Assembly: GCA_965243135.1 (NCBI GenBank)
Contig: OZ251539.1
Location: 3,680,001 to 3,744,000, forward strand
Origin: Alphaproteobacteria bacterium
Lineage (GTDB): Bacteria; Pseudomonadota; Alphaproteobacteria; MPNO01; UBA830
Length of the DNA: 64,000 nucleotides
Reading direction: 5' to 3'
The stretch's first letter is position 1, and every line of letters begins with the position of its first letter. The notes beneath the pieces were generated by a model. It saw nothing but the letters and a program-made list of their open reading frames with translations. It was not told the origin of the DNA and ran no database searches. The position numbers and the translations under genes are program-made. Below are positions 62,968-64,000 of the stretch, one piece after another.

Positions 62968-64000
62968 ATGCCCGGGCTGAGCAAGGCCTTTTCTTCATGG
63001 CAAGAGTCGTCGGCTTTCCTGAAGCGCCGGCTGCGGGAAGCGTGCGGCGTTCTGGCCTTTCTGGCCGGACTCGCGCTCCTCGCGGCCGTTGCGGGCTACG
63101 ATTCCTCCGACCCGTCGTGGAGCCACGCTGTCGCGGGCGGCGTCGCGAATCCGCTCGGGCGGACGGGCGCCTGGATCGCCGACATCCTCCTGCAGAGCAC
63201 CGGGGCCGCGGCGGTTCTGCCCGGCGTCGTCCTGATGGTCTGGGGCGGACGCATCGGCGCGCACCGGTCGATGGGCCGGTTGTGGCTCCGCGTCGTCTCG
63301 GCGCCGCTGGCCTTGCTGCTCGCGACCGTCGCGCTGGCGGCCCTGCCCGCGCCCGCTTCCTGGCCGGTGCAGACGGGCGGCTTCACCGGGCACGTCATGC
63401 TTTCCGCCCTCGAGGCCCTGGCGCAGCGGGCGAACGCGGCGGGGACGACGCCCTTCGTCGCGGCCGCGCTGGCGGCGGCGGCGTTCGTCGCGGCGCTCGG
63501 CGTTCCGTGGAGCGAATGGCGGGGGGCCGCGCGCGGCGTCCTGCGACTGGGGACGGGAACGGCGCGGGCGGGAATGGCCGGCGGACGCAAGGGCCTGCGC
63601 GCCGTCCGCTGGGCCGGCGGCGCCTTGGAGCGGACGCGCCCGGACGACGACGCGTCCCCGGCCCGGCCCGAGGTTTCCGCATCCGAACGCGCGGCCCCGG
63701 ACGTCGTTTCCGGGACGGCCGCCGAGGCGATCCCGGAGCCGCCGCCCGAACGGATCGTCGCCGCCCGCCGGCGCAAGCCGGCCGAGGGCAAGCGCGCCGC
63801 GGAACTGCGGCAGCCGAATCTCGACCTCGGACCCGACGAGTACTCGCTGCCGCCGCTCGACGCCCTGGATCCGGCGCCCGAGGCCAATCCGGAGAGCCGG
63901 CAGAACGAGGAAGCGCTGGCGGAGAACGCGCGCCTTCTGGAATCGGTTCTGGAGGACTTCGGGGTGCGCGGACGCATCGTCAAGGTGCGTCCGGGTCCGG
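62968..64000 (+). CDS. ftsK: DNA translocase FtsK (N-terminal part, runs off the window)
   Basis: 4TM region DPSWS..NPLG..GAWIAD, then NARLLESVLEDFGVRGRIVKVRPGP. Confidence 0.92.
   Translation, partial: MPGLSKAFSSWQESSAFLKRRLREACGVLAFLAGLALLAAVAGYDSSDPSWSHAVAGGVANPLGRTGAWIADILLQSTGAAAVLPGVVLMVWGGRIGAHRSMGRLWLRVVSAPLALLLATVALAALPAPASWPVQTGGFTGHVMLSALEALAQRANAAGTTPFVAAALAAAAFVAALGVPWSEWRGAARGVLRLGTGTARAGMAGGRKGLRAVRWAGGALERTRPDDDASPARPEVSASERAAPDVVSGTAAEAIPEPPPERIVAARRRKPAEGKRAAELRQPNLDLGPDEYSLPPLDALDPAPEANPESRQNEEALAENARLLESVLEDFGVRGRIVKVRPGP

Overview
GC-rich alphaproteobacterial (Rhodospirillales-like; inference from gene order) chromosome segment. The housekeeping backbone is intact: rsmB-rpe-heparinase-like, acs, gpsA-EVE-Rieske, tsaD/hemC-hemD::Mic60-hemY, three EamA transporters, GST, UbiD, large NAD-GDH, core MetE, tRNA-Gly, ybaK/ybbN/LON/Trm112, UbiH-type hydroxylase, amtB, aminotransferase and ftsK. 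It is interrupted by accessory patches full of decayed IS elements and probable defence genes. Strongest sequence-level observations: (1) an IS1111-type (IS110 family) element sits in the terminal repeat of an IS30-like element, the empty target site is also present at ~1955-1980, and the element's non-coding end has an 8-nt match to its own target, as expected for an RNA guide. (2) A PARIS-like ABC-ATPase + DUF4435/TOPRIM pair beside a tRNA-Thr att duplication has its nuclease gene split by a nested IS-in-IS with exact 8- and 9-bp target duplications. (3) A frameshifted DUF262 + HEPN pair. (4) A tandemly amplified promoter + small membrane coiled-coil gene cassette. (5) An unannotated 40-aa basic peptide next to an XRE-ImmA/PIN module. 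All family assignments come from motif recognition by eye; no database searches were run.
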